Assembly: GCA_045598965.1 (NCBI GenBank)
Contig: JAZRVH010000005.1
Location: 1,289 to 65,288 of the forward strand
Reading direction: 5' to 3'
Length of the DNA: 64,000 nt
From: Acutalibacteraceae bacterium
Lineage (GTDB): Bacteria; Bacillota; Clostridia; Oscillospirales; Acutalibacteraceae
The translations under genes were made by a program, and so were the position numbers. Every line of letters starts with the position of its first letter. The first letter of the stretch is position 1. Under the pieces are notes generated by a model, which saw only the letters and a program-made list of their open reading frames with translations, had not been told where the DNA came from and made no database searches. Below, piece by piece: positions 38,788 through 47,965 of this stretch.

Positions 38788-39930
38788 TTGACAGAAAATC
38801 TCGTTTTACTCGGAGCTACCGGTTCTATCGGAACCCAAGCACTGGACGTGGCTGAAAAACTGAATATTCGTGTAACGGCAATGGCGGCGGGAAGTCGTGT
38901 AAAACCTTTTGAGCCGTTGTGCCGTAAATTTAAGCCCTCCGCCGTTGCTATGATGGATGAAACGGCGGCAAAGGATTTGAAAGTGCGTCTTGCCGATACC
39001 GATATCCGTGTGTTATCCGGACTTTCCGGTGTCTGTGAGCTGGCATCCGATCCCTCTGCCGATACGGTGCTCAACTCCGTTACCGGCGTTGCGGGGTTAC
39101 AGCCTACTCTTGCGGCGGTGGAAGCGGGACACGACGTGGCACTCGCCAACAAAGAGACGTTGGTCGCCGGCGGCGAGCTGGTAACCAAAGCGGTTGCCGA
39201 AAAGGGCGTGCAGCTGCTTCCCGTTGACAGTGAACACTCCGCAATTTTTCAATGCTTGCAGGGCAAGCCTCGGAACGGAGGGGCATCACGACTCATTTTA
39301 ACCGCTTCCGGCGGCCCGTTTTTCGGTAAAACAAAAGCCGAACTTGAGACTATGAAAAAAGAAGATGCTCTCAAGCATCCCAACTGGTCTATGGGTGCCA
39401 AAATCACCATTGATTCCGCCACGATGATGAACAAGGGTCTCGAGCTGATTGAAGCCAAATGGTTATTTTCCATGCCGGCGGATACAATTGATATCGTGGT
39501 TCACCGGGAAAGCGTTGTGCATTCGCTGATTGAATTTGAGGATAACTCGGTGCTGGCACAGTGCGGAGTGCCGGATATGCGGATTCCGATTCAGTATGCG
39601 TTGACATATCCCGACCGTTTTCCGTCTCCCGTTAAATCGCTGTCGCTTACCGATTTCGGTAAATTGACCTTTTTTGAGCCGGATAACGATACTTTCCCGC
39701 TGATGGAGGTTTGTCGCCGGGCGATTACAATCGGCGGGGCGGCACCTGCCGCCGTCAACGGTGCAAACGAACAGGCGGTGGCTCTGTTTTTGGAGGATAA
39801 AATCGGCTTTTGTGATATTTCTCGCCTTGTTGCCGGTGTCCTTGACAGAGAGTGGGGTTCTGCCGATTCGGTGGAGGCTGTGCTGGCCGCCGACCGTGCG
39901 GCACGGAATTTCGTGTTGTCAGAGGTCTGA
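38788..39930 (+). CDS. dxr: 1-deoxy-D-xylulose-5-phosphate reductoisomerase
   Basis: 380 aa. LGATGSIGTQAL, LANKETLV, PVDSEHSAIFQC and HPNWSMG. Confidence 0.93.
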   Translation: MTENLVLLGATGSIGTQALDVAEKLNIRVTAMAAGSRVKPFEPLCRKFKPSAVAMMDETAAKDLKVRLADTDIRVLSGLSGVCELASDPSADTVLNSVTGVAGLQPTLAAVEAGHDVALANKETLVAGGELVTKAVAEKGVQLLPVDSEHSAIFQCLQGKPRNGGASRLILTASGGPFFGKTKAELETMKKEDALKHPNWSMGAKITIDSATMMNKGLELIEAKWLFSMPADTIDIVVHRESVVHSLIEFEDNSVLAQCGVPDMRIPIQYALTYPDRFPSPVKSLSLTDFGKLTFFEPDNDTFPLMEVCRRAITIGGAAPAAVNGANEQAVALFLEDKIGFCDISRLVAGVLDREWGSADSVEAVLAADRAARNFVLSEV

Positions 39931-39932
39931 TT

Positions 39933-40016
39933 ATGGGATTTTTGTTTTTAATCGGAATTTTGTTTATTATCGCTATTGTGATATATGCCTTAAACGGCAA
40001 CGATCGTCAAGAGTAA
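39933..40016 (+). CDS. Candidate 27-aa hydrophobic micro-protein (unannotated small ORF)
   Basis: Hand-found ORF: ATG 39933 to TAA 40014..40016, encoding MGFLFLIGILFIIAIVIYALNGNDRQE. One TM segment plus a polar tail. AGAGG lies 6 nt upstream. It fills the dxr-rseP gap. Confidence 0.35.
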   Translation: MGFLFLIGILFIIAIVIYALNGNDRQE

Positions 40017-40032
40017 TTGTGAGGTTGGATTT

Positions 40033-41154
40033 TTGGTAAATGCACTGATTTTTATTTTGGAAATTCTTGCCGCCATTTTGGTGTTCGGCATCATCATCGT
40101 TGTTCACGAAGCAGGGCATTTTGCCGTTGCAAAATGGATGGGCGTTCGGGTAAATGAATTTTCTGTGGGCATGGGCCCCAAAATCGTCCAAAAGCAAAAA
40201 GGGGAGACGATGTACTCGCTCCGCTGGCTTCCCATTGGCGGCTATTGTGCCATGGAGGGGGAGGACGAGGACAGCGAGGATCCCCGAGCGTTTTCAAGCA
40301 AGCCTTGCTGGCGGCGAATTTTAGTGGTCGTCGCAGGGGCGACGATGAACTTTGTGATGGCATTTTTGCTGTTAGTCGTTGCACTTTCGTGCTGTTTGTC
40401 GCCTCAAGGCGACGAGGAAAAGCCGGCATTTTCCAGCGTAACGCTCTCCTCGATTGATGAGACATCACCTGCATATAAATGCGGCCTGCGTACGGGCGAT
40501 ACCGTTTTACGAGTGGACGGAAAACGCATCGCCACCGATATTGACCTTGTGATGATTCTCCAAAGTGATGAGGACGGCAAATTTGATTTTGTTGTTCGAC
40601 GCACCGTGGACGGCAAAGCGGTAAAACAGAACTTAAACGACGTTCAGTTTCGCCTGAAAACCGCCGAGGACGGAACACGGTTCTTGTCTTATGATTTTAC
40701 GGTTAGGCCCATAAAACGCACCGTGGTATCCACGCTTACGCAAGCCGTCAAAACGGAGTACAGTTATACGGTGCTTGTGTGGCGAAGCCTTGGCAGCATT
40801 CTCAAAGGGGAATATGGCTTAAATGAACTGTCCGGCCCCGTGGGAACCACCGAAATTATTGCCGATGCCGTGGGGGAAGCCGTGGAGGATGCAGTGCAAA
40901 ACGACAGCACCCAAGGCGTTTACGCCTTTATTATGTTGGTGGTACTCATCTCGGTCAACGTAGGATTGTTTAACCTGCTTCCGCTTCCCGCCTTAGACGG
41001 AGGGCGGCTGTTGTTCCTCCTCATTGAACTGGTCATACGCAAGCCGGTGCCACAAAAATACGAAGCCATTGTCCATACTATCGGCTTTGTTCTGCTTATT
41101 TTGCTGTCTATTGTGATCACCTTTTCCGACGTGTTCAAAATAATTAAGCGATAG
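40033..41154 (+). CDS. rseP: RIP metalloprotease RseP/RasP (site-2 protease, M50)
   Basis: 373 aa. HEAGHF zinc motif in TM1, a PDZ domain in the middle, and NLLPLPALDGG. Confidence 0.9.
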   Translation: MVNALIFILEILAAILVFGIIIVVHEAGHFAVAKWMGVRVNEFSVGMGPKIVQKQKGETMYSLRWLPIGGYCAMEGEDEDSEDPRAFSSKPCWRRILVVVAGATMNFVMAFLLLVVALSCCLSPQGDEEKPAFSSVTLSSIDETSPAYKCGLRTGDTVLRVDGKRIATDIDLVMILQSDEDGKFDFVVRRTVDGKAVKQNLNDVQFRLKTAEDGTRFLSYDFTVRPIKRTVVSTLTQAVKTEYSYTVLVWRSLGSILKGEYGLNELSGPVGTTEIIADAVGEAVEDAVQNDSTQGVYAFIMLVVLISVNVGLFNLLPLPALDGGRLLFLLIELVIRKPVPQKYEAIVHTIGFVLLILLSIVITFSDVFKIIKR

Positions 41155-41167
41155 ATTCGAAAGAAAA

Positions 41168-41196
41168 CACCCGAAAACACTTTTTCGGGTGTTTTT
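41168..41196 (+). terminator. Intrinsic terminator after rseP
   Basis: CACCCGAAAA / TTTTCGGGTG 10-bp stem with a 4-nt loop, followed by a T-run. Confidence 0.8.
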
Positions 41197-41229
41197 ACTG
41201 TTTTTTGACGGTTTTTCGGAACATTTTTG

Positions 41230-41258
41230 TTGACAATTCACTAAAAAAACAGTAAAAT
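41230..41258 (+). promoter_or_regulatory. Sigma-A promoter for the GGDEF/EAL gene pair
   Basis: TTGACA (41230..41235), 17-nt spacer, TAAAAT (41253..41258). Confidence 0.6.
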
Positions 41259-41284
41259 ATTATAATATTCAAGTATTAAGAGAG

Positions 41285-43144
41285 GTGTTTGCGGTGCTTA
41301 ACTCATTTTATTTGAAAAAAAGCGGTCAAAAGATTCTTTTGATCGTTCTTTTAGTGATGCTTCTTGTATTTTTGCTCATCACTTGTGTGGATTCCTCCAA
41401 CGAGCAAGTGGCTGTTTCGGGCAGCCACGAAACGTGGAATAAAGGCTGGTTGCTGGTGGATTCCACCGGAAACAGCCGACAGGTGGACTTGCCCCAAACG
41501 CAATCTTTCGGAAACGGAAGTGCCACGTTGTCCCGTGTGGTGGACAGCCGTGTGCAAAACACCGATGCAGTTTTGTATATTTGCTCAAAATATGAGGATA
41601 TCACCGTCACCTTGGGGAATACAGTCATTTATTCTTTCCCCAACGAGCACTCTGCCTTATCGGACGTCACCGGCATTACGAACCATATCGTTGATTTGCC
41701 GGAGGATGCAGTGGGGAAAGAACTTGCCATTCGTTACGATTTCCAATGCCATTCGGCAATGACGTATGAATTGCGTGCACCGGAATATGCCCAACGTGAA
41801 GTCATTTTGAATCGCACCGTTAAAGCCGCCATTCCGTTTTTCGTTATTTCTGTCGTGGTTGCCTTGGCGGGTCTTGTGGTCTTTTTAATGACCTTGCGTG
41901 TGCAAAACAACCAAACGCTCTCGAATACTTTTTGGAACATCGGCGTGTTTGCTTTGCTGTTTGCCGTGTTCCTCTGTATCCGTTCGCCCTTTGCACCGTA
42001 CCTGTTTGGTAATCCGCTCGGGCGGCATTTCCTCACTTATGCCATGGTGCTGTTAATGCCCATTCCGTTCATCAGTATGTTTTACGGAAGCACCGACGAG
42101 AAATACCGCAAATATCAGATTATTGCCGTGATTCTCAATTTCATAAACGCCGCTTTGCAAACGCTGCTTGCGTTGTTCGGTTTGGTGGATTTCCGCACCC
42201 TTTTACCGCTCACCTTGGCACTTTGCGTGTTTTCCATGGGCACCGTGCTGTGCGGCATTTATCGTTCGAAAAACCGTGGGGATGACGCCACCTGGATTGA
42301 TGACGCCGCCTTTTTGGTGGCTCTCGGTGCGGTGGTGGATTTGTTCCTTACCATCATCGGTCACCCGAGCTATTGCAGTTGCTTGCTGTATACCATTGGT
42401 GTATTGATTTTCCTTATTGCTCAATTCTCCTATTTTATGTATGCGTATTTCGGGCAATTCCGTACCAACGTGGAAACGATGTTGCTCAAAGAAATGGCGT
42501 ATAAAGATATGCTTACCGGTATCGGCAACCGTAACGCCTACGAGCTGTATCTTACGGATATTACCGCTCGTCCTCCCGGCGACCGGATGTATGGCTTGAT
42601 TGCAGATATCAACGATTTGAAACGCACTAACGACACCTACGGCCACGAGATGGGCGACACCATAATTGTGGAAGTGGGGGATATCCTCTTTAAGATTTTC
42701 GGCAAAAACGGCTCCTGCTTCCGTGTGGGCGGCGACGAGTTTGTTGCGTTCATCCGTGGTATGTCCTCGGAACAGATGGAACAGCATATTACGGAGTTTA
42801 AGGCGGAACTGGAGAAATACAACGAAGACCATACGCCACGTATCCGTGTTGCCTTGGGCTATGCGGAAACCGAACCGGATGATTATCGCAATATGAAGGC
42901 GTTTTTGCGTCGTATTGATAAGATGATGTATGAGGACAAACGTACCGGAAAAGCACTGGATAAGCTTCATGCGATGGAAAAAGAGTTAGATGATGAAGCG
43001 TTAAATGTGCAAGTGGAGTCCTCTTTTGCGGTTAGTTCGATTCCCGATACCCTCAATCAGCCGGTGGAGGAGATTAACGAATTTTCCGAGAATACCGAAC
43101 AATCCGACTCTTTATCCGAGGCCGACGCTTCGGATAAAGAATAA
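41285..43144 (+). CDS. Diguanylate cyclase: N-terminal extracytoplasmic domain, ~7 TM segments, then GGDEF
   Basis: Signal-anchor, a ~150-aa outside domain, and multiple TM segments (7TMR-DISM-like architecture, which is inferred). GGDEF domain: GIGNRNAY, GHEMGD, and an intact FRVGGDEFVAF. No RxxD I-site 5 aa upstream. The likely true start is the GVG at 41294. Confidence 0.8.
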   Translation: MFAVLNSFYLKKSGQKILLIVLLVMLLVFLLITCVDSSNEQVAVSGSHETWNKGWLLVDSTGNSRQVDLPQTQSFGNGSATLSRVVDSRVQNTDAVLYICSKYEDITVTLGNTVIYSFPNEHSALSDVTGITNHIVDLPEDAVGKELAIRYDFQCHSAMTYELRAPEYAQREVILNRTVKAAIPFFVISVVVALAGLVVFLMTLRVQNNQTLSNTFWNIGVFALLFAVFLCIRSPFAPYLFGNPLGRHFLTYAMVLLMPIPFISMFYGSTDEKYRKYQIIAVILNFINAALQTLLALFGLVDFRTLLPLTLALCVFSMGTVLCGIYRSKNRGDDATWIDDAAFLVALGAVVDLFLTIIGHPSYCSCLLYTIGVLIFLIAQFSYFMYAYFGQFRTNVETMLLKEMAYKDMLTGIGNRNAYELYLTDITARPPGDRMYGLIADINDLKRTNDTYGHEMGDTIIVEVGDILFKIFGKNGSCFRVGGDEFVAFIRGMSSEQMEQHITEFKAELEKYNEDHTPRIRVALGYAETEPDDYRNMKAFLRRIDKMMYEDKRTGKALDKLHAMEKELDDEALNVQVESSFAVSSIPDTLNQPVEEINEFSENTEQSDSLSEADASDKE

Positions 43145-43171
43145 GCGGGGCACGAGAAGGAGGCTACGCTT

Positions 43172-45289
43172 ATGTGGATGAAAGTATTGGAAAAGCTGGA
43201 TAATAACCGGCTTGCACGCATCATTCAAAACGCTTTGATGCTGGCATCACCGTTCCTTATTATCGGTACACTGGCAAAAATCATTTGTGATTTTCCCGTG
43301 GCGGCGTATACCGATTTTTTAACCTCGCTTTGGGGCGGTGCCATTTATGATGCGTTTCATTTGGTATATTCGTATACCTTTGGCAGTTTTTCGCTGATTT
43401 TGGCCATTACAATCGCCATCTCGTTCCGCAACATTATGGACCACGAGCGTTACGGTGTCTATCTGTTGACGGTTATGACGGCGTATATGTTGCTTCTATA
43501 CCAGGGGAAAGAAGGCTTTACCGCCGAGATGTTCCAGCCACTTTATGCGTTGGCGGCGGTGGTCATTTCGCTGCTCATCTGTATTGGGCTATATTACGTT
43601 ATTCGTTTTAGCGACCGTTATACGCTTGCTCCCTCGGAAATTTCCGGCGACAAACGGTTCCACAGCTCTTTTGTGATGTGGCTGGCGGTTGGCTTGTTCT
43701 TAGCCATGGTGGCGGGTATTCGTATTGCTCTCAATGCGTTATTCGGTGATACCGGCACGTTTTTGAACCTTGTGAAAACCTTTATCCGTGCCGTGTTTCC
43801 GCAGGGAACTACCGCTTCCTACGGCAACGCTTTGTTGTTTGTATTTCTGTCGGGAATACTTTGGTATATCGGTATTCCGGCGGATGAGGTGTTGGCGGAT
43901 GTACGGGAACGGGTGTTTGATTTGAATCCAAACGGCGTCAACCTGCTGGATATCAGCGGGGCAGACGGCTTCACCGATACGTTCTTCAATGTCTTTGTTC
44001 AGTTGGGCGGTTGCGGAAGTGCCATTTGTTTGGTTTTGGCTTTGCTGATTGCATCCAAAGAGCAATACACTCGCCGACAAGGCGGCATACTGTTTGTTCC
44101 TACATTTTTCAACTTCGGTCAAACGGCATTGTTTTCGGTTCCGGTGTTTTTCAGCCCGATTTTGCTTATCCCGTTTATCTGCACACCCATCATTTTGTTT
44201 ATTTCCTCAACATTCTTTACGCTTTTGGGGTTTGTGCCGCCGGTTATAAACGAAATCAACCCGATGATGCCGATTGGTCTCTCCGCATTTTTTGCCACGG
44301 AATCGTGGCGTGGCGTGGTGTTGCAGATTTTCAACCTTGCTTTGGGCACCGTGATTTACATCCCGTTTGTACGGTTGCTTGGAAAACCGCGGCACTATCT
44401 GTTGCAATCCCGTGTCAAGGAATTGACCGAAATCGTCAAAGAGGGAGAGCGAGTCGGTGCGGTGCCGGAGCTTCTTAAAGGCGATAAGGAAATTAACCGT
44501 GCCGCCAAACGACTGCTCGCTGATATGTATGATGCGGTGACTCGTGACGAGGTGACTTTGTACTATCAGCCCCAGGTCAATATTGATGAAGAAATCATCG
44601 GTGCGGAAGGTCTTTTCCGCTTTAACCATCCCACGTGCGGATTTATTTATCCGCCGCTTGCCATTCATTTGGCAAAAGAGGACGGCTATGTCAATCAGTT
44701 AACCTTGCGGCTGATTGACCGTGCCTGCGAGGATTTGGAGACGCTCGCCGCCGAGGGCTGCGAAAACTTCAAATTATCGGTCAACATTCTGCCCATGCAG
44801 TTGGAGGACGAAAACTTCGCCAAAAAAATCAAAGACCGCATTGATGCCCACGATTTCGGCAGCTGTTCTCTTGCATTGGAGGTCACCGAGCAGGATGCGT
44901 TGGTTGCCATGCCGTTTGTGGAATCCTCTATGAATGACTTGAAACAAATCGGTGTCGATCTTATTATGGACGACTTTGGTATGGGACATAGTTCGATGAC
45001 CACGATGCAGAAAAACAAGTTCAATTTTGTGAAATTGGACGGCAACTTGGTGAAAGACTTGCTCAGTAACGAACGTTCTGCGGATATCGTACAGGCTGTT
45101 TGCCGTCTTGCCGACAAACTGGAATTCCAGATTATTGCGGAATACGTGGAAACCGAGGAACAACGAGAGCGGTTAAACGAGTTGGGGTGCGAAATTTATC
45201 AGGGATACTTGTATAGTAAAGCACTTCCGTTTAATGAATTTCTTGATTTTTGGCGGGAAAACACCCGCAAAAAACGAAAAAAATCCTAA
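43172..45289 (+). CDS. PTS EIIC-like membrane domain fused to an EAL c-di-GMP phosphodiesterase domain
   Basis: The N-terminal ~420 aa are polytopic, with a lactose/cellobiose-EIIC-like signature FNFGQTALFSVPVFFSPILLIPFICTPII. The C-terminal EAL domain carries YYQPQ, EGLFR, SVNILP, EVTE, DDFGMGHSS, KLDG, EYVETEE and YQGY. Confidence 0.75.
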   Translation: MWMKVLEKLDNNRLARIIQNALMLASPFLIIGTLAKIICDFPVAAYTDFLTSLWGGAIYDAFHLVYSYTFGSFSLILAITIAISFRNIMDHERYGVYLLTVMTAYMLLLYQGKEGFTAEMFQPLYALAAVVISLLICIGLYYVIRFSDRYTLAPSEISGDKRFHSSFVMWLAVGLFLAMVAGIRIALNALFGDTGTFLNLVKTFIRAVFPQGTTASYGNALLFVFLSGILWYIGIPADEVLADVRERVFDLNPNGVNLLDISGADGFTDTFFNVFVQLGGCGSAICLVLALLIASKEQYTRRQGGILFVPTFFNFGQTALFSVPVFFSPILLIPFICTPIILFISSTFFTLLGFVPPVINEINPMMPIGLSAFFATESWRGVVLQIFNLALGTVIYIPFVRLLGKPRHYLLQSRVKELTEIVKEGERVGAVPELLKGDKEINRAAKRLLADMYDAVTRDEVTLYYQPQVNIDEEIIGAEGLFRFNHPTCGFIYPPLAIHLAKEDGYVNQLTLRLIDRACEDLETLAAEGCENFKLSVNILPMQLEDENFAKKIKDRIDAHDFGSCSLALEVTEQDALVAMPFVESSMNDLKQIGVDLIMDDFGMGHSSMTTMQKNKFNFVKLDGNLVKDLLSNERSADIVQAVCRLADKLEFQIIAEYVETEEQRERLNELGCEIYQGYLYSKALPFNEFLDFWRENTRKKRKKS

Positions 45290-45296
45290 AAACCCG

Positions 45297-45325
45297 TTGA
45301 CAAACGAAAAAGAAAGTGCTATTCT
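45297..45325 (+). promoter_or_regulatory. Sigma-A promoter for the third T-box leader
   Basis: TTGACA (45297..45302), 17-nt spacer, TGcTATTCT (-10 hexamer at 45320..45325). Confidence 0.5.
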
Positions 45326-45354
45326 TTCTCTTGTTAAGAATAGAATACCTATAT

Positions 45355-45619
45355 AAAGGCGATGACGAAGACGGTTAAAACGTCCACGTTTTCAGAGAGT
45401 CGGCGGTTGCTGTGAGCCGACAACAGTACGCTTTAACAATCCCTTCCGAGCCGAAGTCCCGAACGTGGGTTTTCCCATCAGTAGACGGCTTCCGTATTTG
45501 CTGCGTGAAGGCAACGGGCTTGTTGGAGCCTATTGAGGTGGCGTCGTTTGACGCAATTTGAGTGGTATCGCGGGATTTACATCTCGTCTCAAAGGAAACT
45601 TTGAGACGAGATTTTTTTA
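45355..45619 (+). promoter_or_regulatory. T-box leader (probable Ile specifier AUC) with an intrinsic terminator
   Basis: - K-turn: GGCGATGACGAAG pairs with CTTCCGAGCC.
- Mid stem: GTTAAAACG / CGCTTTAAC.
- AGAGAG bulge and distal loop GGTTGCTGTGA.
- The triplet immediately 5' of the closing CUUC is AUC (45439..45441).
- T-box sequence AATTTGAGTGGTATCGCGGGA at 45556..45576.
- Terminator: ATCTCGTCTCAAAG / CTTTGAGACGAGAT (45581..45612) plus T7. Confidence 0.8.
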
Positions 45620-45647
45620 TGAGTATTTTTACAAAGGAGGTCTTTTT

Positions 45648-47948
45648 ATGTCCGCAGAAACGTTTGTTGTTGCCGAAAAATTGAAAGAGGTGGCACAGCG
45701 AATTCGTGCCGTGCGTGAGGACGTGGGTATCGCCATTGATGATATGGCGGAACGCACCGGTGTTTCGGTTGAGGAATATCGACAGATCGAAGCGGGCGAG
45801 ACCGACTTCGGGTTTACCTTTGTATACAAATTCTCCCAGGTTTGCGGCATTGAAATTACCGATATCATGGAGGGCAACAGCCCGATTTTAACAAACTATA
45901 CGGTTACCCGTCGTGGCGGTGGATTGCATTTCACTCGTATGGAAGGCTACACGTATCACCACTTGGCTCCTATGTTCAAGCACAAGATTGCCGAGCCGTT
46001 TTACGTGGAAATTCCGTATTCTGCCGAAGCGTTGATGGCACCCGCTCACCTCTGTGTCCACAAGGGGCAGGAGTTTGATGTGGTGGTTAAGGGAACGGTT
46101 AAAATTCAAATCGGCGACCATCACGAAATCCTCCACGAGGGCGACAGCATCTATTATGACAGCTCCACGCCGCACGACTTGGTGGCAATGAACGGAGAAG
46201 ACGCCACCATTTACGCCGTAGTTATGAGCCCCAACACCGCCGATGTGGGACAGTATGAAAAAGCGGTGTCGATGCCGTCGGTCACCAATGTGGAAAAAGC
46301 CAATCTCACAAACCCGATTTACGCCCGTTTCATTGACGAAAAAGTGGAAAACGGTCATTTAACTTCCATTGCCTTCAAGAATGTGGATTCTTTCAACTTT
46401 GCCTTTGACGTGGTGGACGAATTGGCAAAAAAATGTCCCCAAAAAACGGCCATGCTCCACGTTTCTGCGGACAAAACCGCCCGCACCTTTACGTTCAAAG
46501 ATATGAGCGAGATGTCGGCGAAAACCGCCAACTATTTCCGTTCTCTGGGCATCAAAAAAGGCGATCGTGTGATGCTCGTTTTACGCCGAAATTATCAGTT
46601 CTGGTTTTGTATGCTGGCACTTCATAAATTGGGTGCCATCGTCATTCCCGCTACCGACCTTTTAACCGAACACGATTTCACCTATCGTTTTGATGCGGCG
46701 GGAGTATCCGCTATCGTATGCAGTGGTGACAGTGCGGTTTCTGAGCAGGTGGATTTAGCCGCCAAAAACAGTAAAGCCTTGCGACTTAAAGTGTTGACCA
46801 ACGGCAAACGAGAAGGCTGGCACGATTTCGATGCCGAAATGCCGGCGTTTTCCGATGTCTTCCCCCGCACAGAGGATTCCTGCGGCGGCAAAGACCCGCT
46901 TCTTATGTTCTTTACGTCCGGTACAACCGGCTATCCCAAAATCGCCATGCACAACCATCTGTATCCGTTAGGCCATTTTATTACTGCCAAATACTGGCAT
47001 AACGTTGACCCCAACGGATTGCACTTTACCGTTGCCGATACCGGTTGGGGAAAAGCTCTTTGGGGTAAACTGTATGGGCAATGGCTGTGTGAAGCGGGCG
47101 TTTTCACCTACGACTTTGCCAAATTTGATGCGTCCGACGTTTTGCCGATGCTTGCCAAGTACAATATTACCACCTTCTGTGCTCCGCCTACCATTTATCG
47201 TTTCTTTATCAAAGAAAACTTACAAGCCTACGATTTGACTTCGGTGAAATACGCCACCGTTGCCGGCGAAGCCCTCAACCCCGAGGTGTTTAATCAATTC
47301 TTAAAAGGCACCGGTGTGCCGCTGATGGAGGGCTTTGGACAAACGGAAACCACCCTTACCGTCGGAAACTTCGTGGGTCAACCGATTAAATCCGGTTCTA
47401 TGGGAAAACCGAGTCCGCTGTATAACGTGGACATTTTGCTTCCCGACGGAACTCCCGCCAAGGTGGGTGAGGTCGGTGAGATTGTGGTTCGTACCGAAAA
47501 CGGAGCTCCGTGCGGTCTGTTTGCCGGTTACTACAACGATGAACAAAACACCAACGCCGTCTGGCACGACGGTTGCTATCACACCGGCGACACGGCATGG
47601 AGAGACCAGGACGGTTTCTTCTTCTATGTCGGACGGGTGGATGATTTGATTAAATCGTCCGGCTACCGTATCGGGCCGTTTGAGATTGAAAGCGTGCTGA
47701 TGCAGCTGCCTTATGTGCTGGAGTGTGCCGTTACTGCCGCACCGGACGAAATTCGTGGTCAAGTGGTTAAAGCCACGATTGTGTTGACCAAAGACCGTCT
47801 TCCCAGCGAGGAGCTGAAGAAAGAAATCCAAACCTACGTGAAAAAGAATACCGCACCGTACAAGTATCCACGTATTGTGGAGTTCCGCCAAGAGCTTCCG
47901 AAAACCATCAGCGGTAAAATCCGCCGTGTGGAGCTACGGGAAGAATAA
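45648..47948 (+). CDS. Fusion protein: XRE-type HTH plus cupin (PuuR-like module) fused to an AMP-forming acyl-CoA ligase (ACSM/MACS-like)
   Basis: 766 aa from the ATG at 45648, after AAAGGAGG.
- HTH: IAIDDMAERTGVSVEEYRQIEAGE.
- Cupin: HKGQEFDVVVKGTVKIQIGDHHEILHEGDSIYYDSSTPH.
- Adenylation motifs: FFTSGTTGYPK, GYGQTE-like GFGQTET, YHTGDTAWRDQDGFFFYVGRVDD, SSGYRIGPFEIE, and PKTISGKIRR. Confidence 0.8.
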   Translation: MSAETFVVAEKLKEVAQRIRAVREDVGIAIDDMAERTGVSVEEYRQIEAGETDFGFTFVYKFSQVCGIEITDIMEGNSPILTNYTVTRRGGGLHFTRMEGYTYHHLAPMFKHKIAEPFYVEIPYSAEALMAPAHLCVHKGQEFDVVVKGTVKIQIGDHHEILHEGDSIYYDSSTPHDLVAMNGEDATIYAVVMSPNTADVGQYEKAVSMPSVTNVEKANLTNPIYARFIDEKVENGHLTSIAFKNVDSFNFAFDVVDELAKKCPQKTAMLHVSADKTARTFTFKDMSEMSAKTANYFRSLGIKKGDRVMLVLRRNYQFWFCMLALHKLGAIVIPATDLLTEHDFTYRFDAAGVSAIVCSGDSAVSEQVDLAAKNSKALRLKVLTNGKREGWHDFDAEMPAFSDVFPRTEDSCGGKDPLLMFFTSGTTGYPKIAMHNHLYPLGHFITAKYWHNVDPNGLHFTVADTGWGKALWGKLYGQWLCEAGVFTYDFAKFDASDVLPMLAKYNITTFCAPPTIYRFFIKENLQAYDLTSVKYATVAGEALNPEVFNQFLKGTGVPLMEGFGQTETTLTVGNFVGQPIKSGSMGKPSPLYNVDILLPDGTPAKVGEVGEIVVRTENGAPCGLFAGYYNDEQNTNAVWHDGCYHTGDTAWRDQDGFFFYVGRVDDLIKSSGYRIGPFEIESVLMQLPYVLECAVTAAPDEIRGQVVKATIVLTKDRLPSEELKKEIQTYVKKNTAPYKYPRIVEFRQELPKTISGKIRRVELREE

Positions 47949-47965
47949 GAGAAGGGGAGAGAGCT

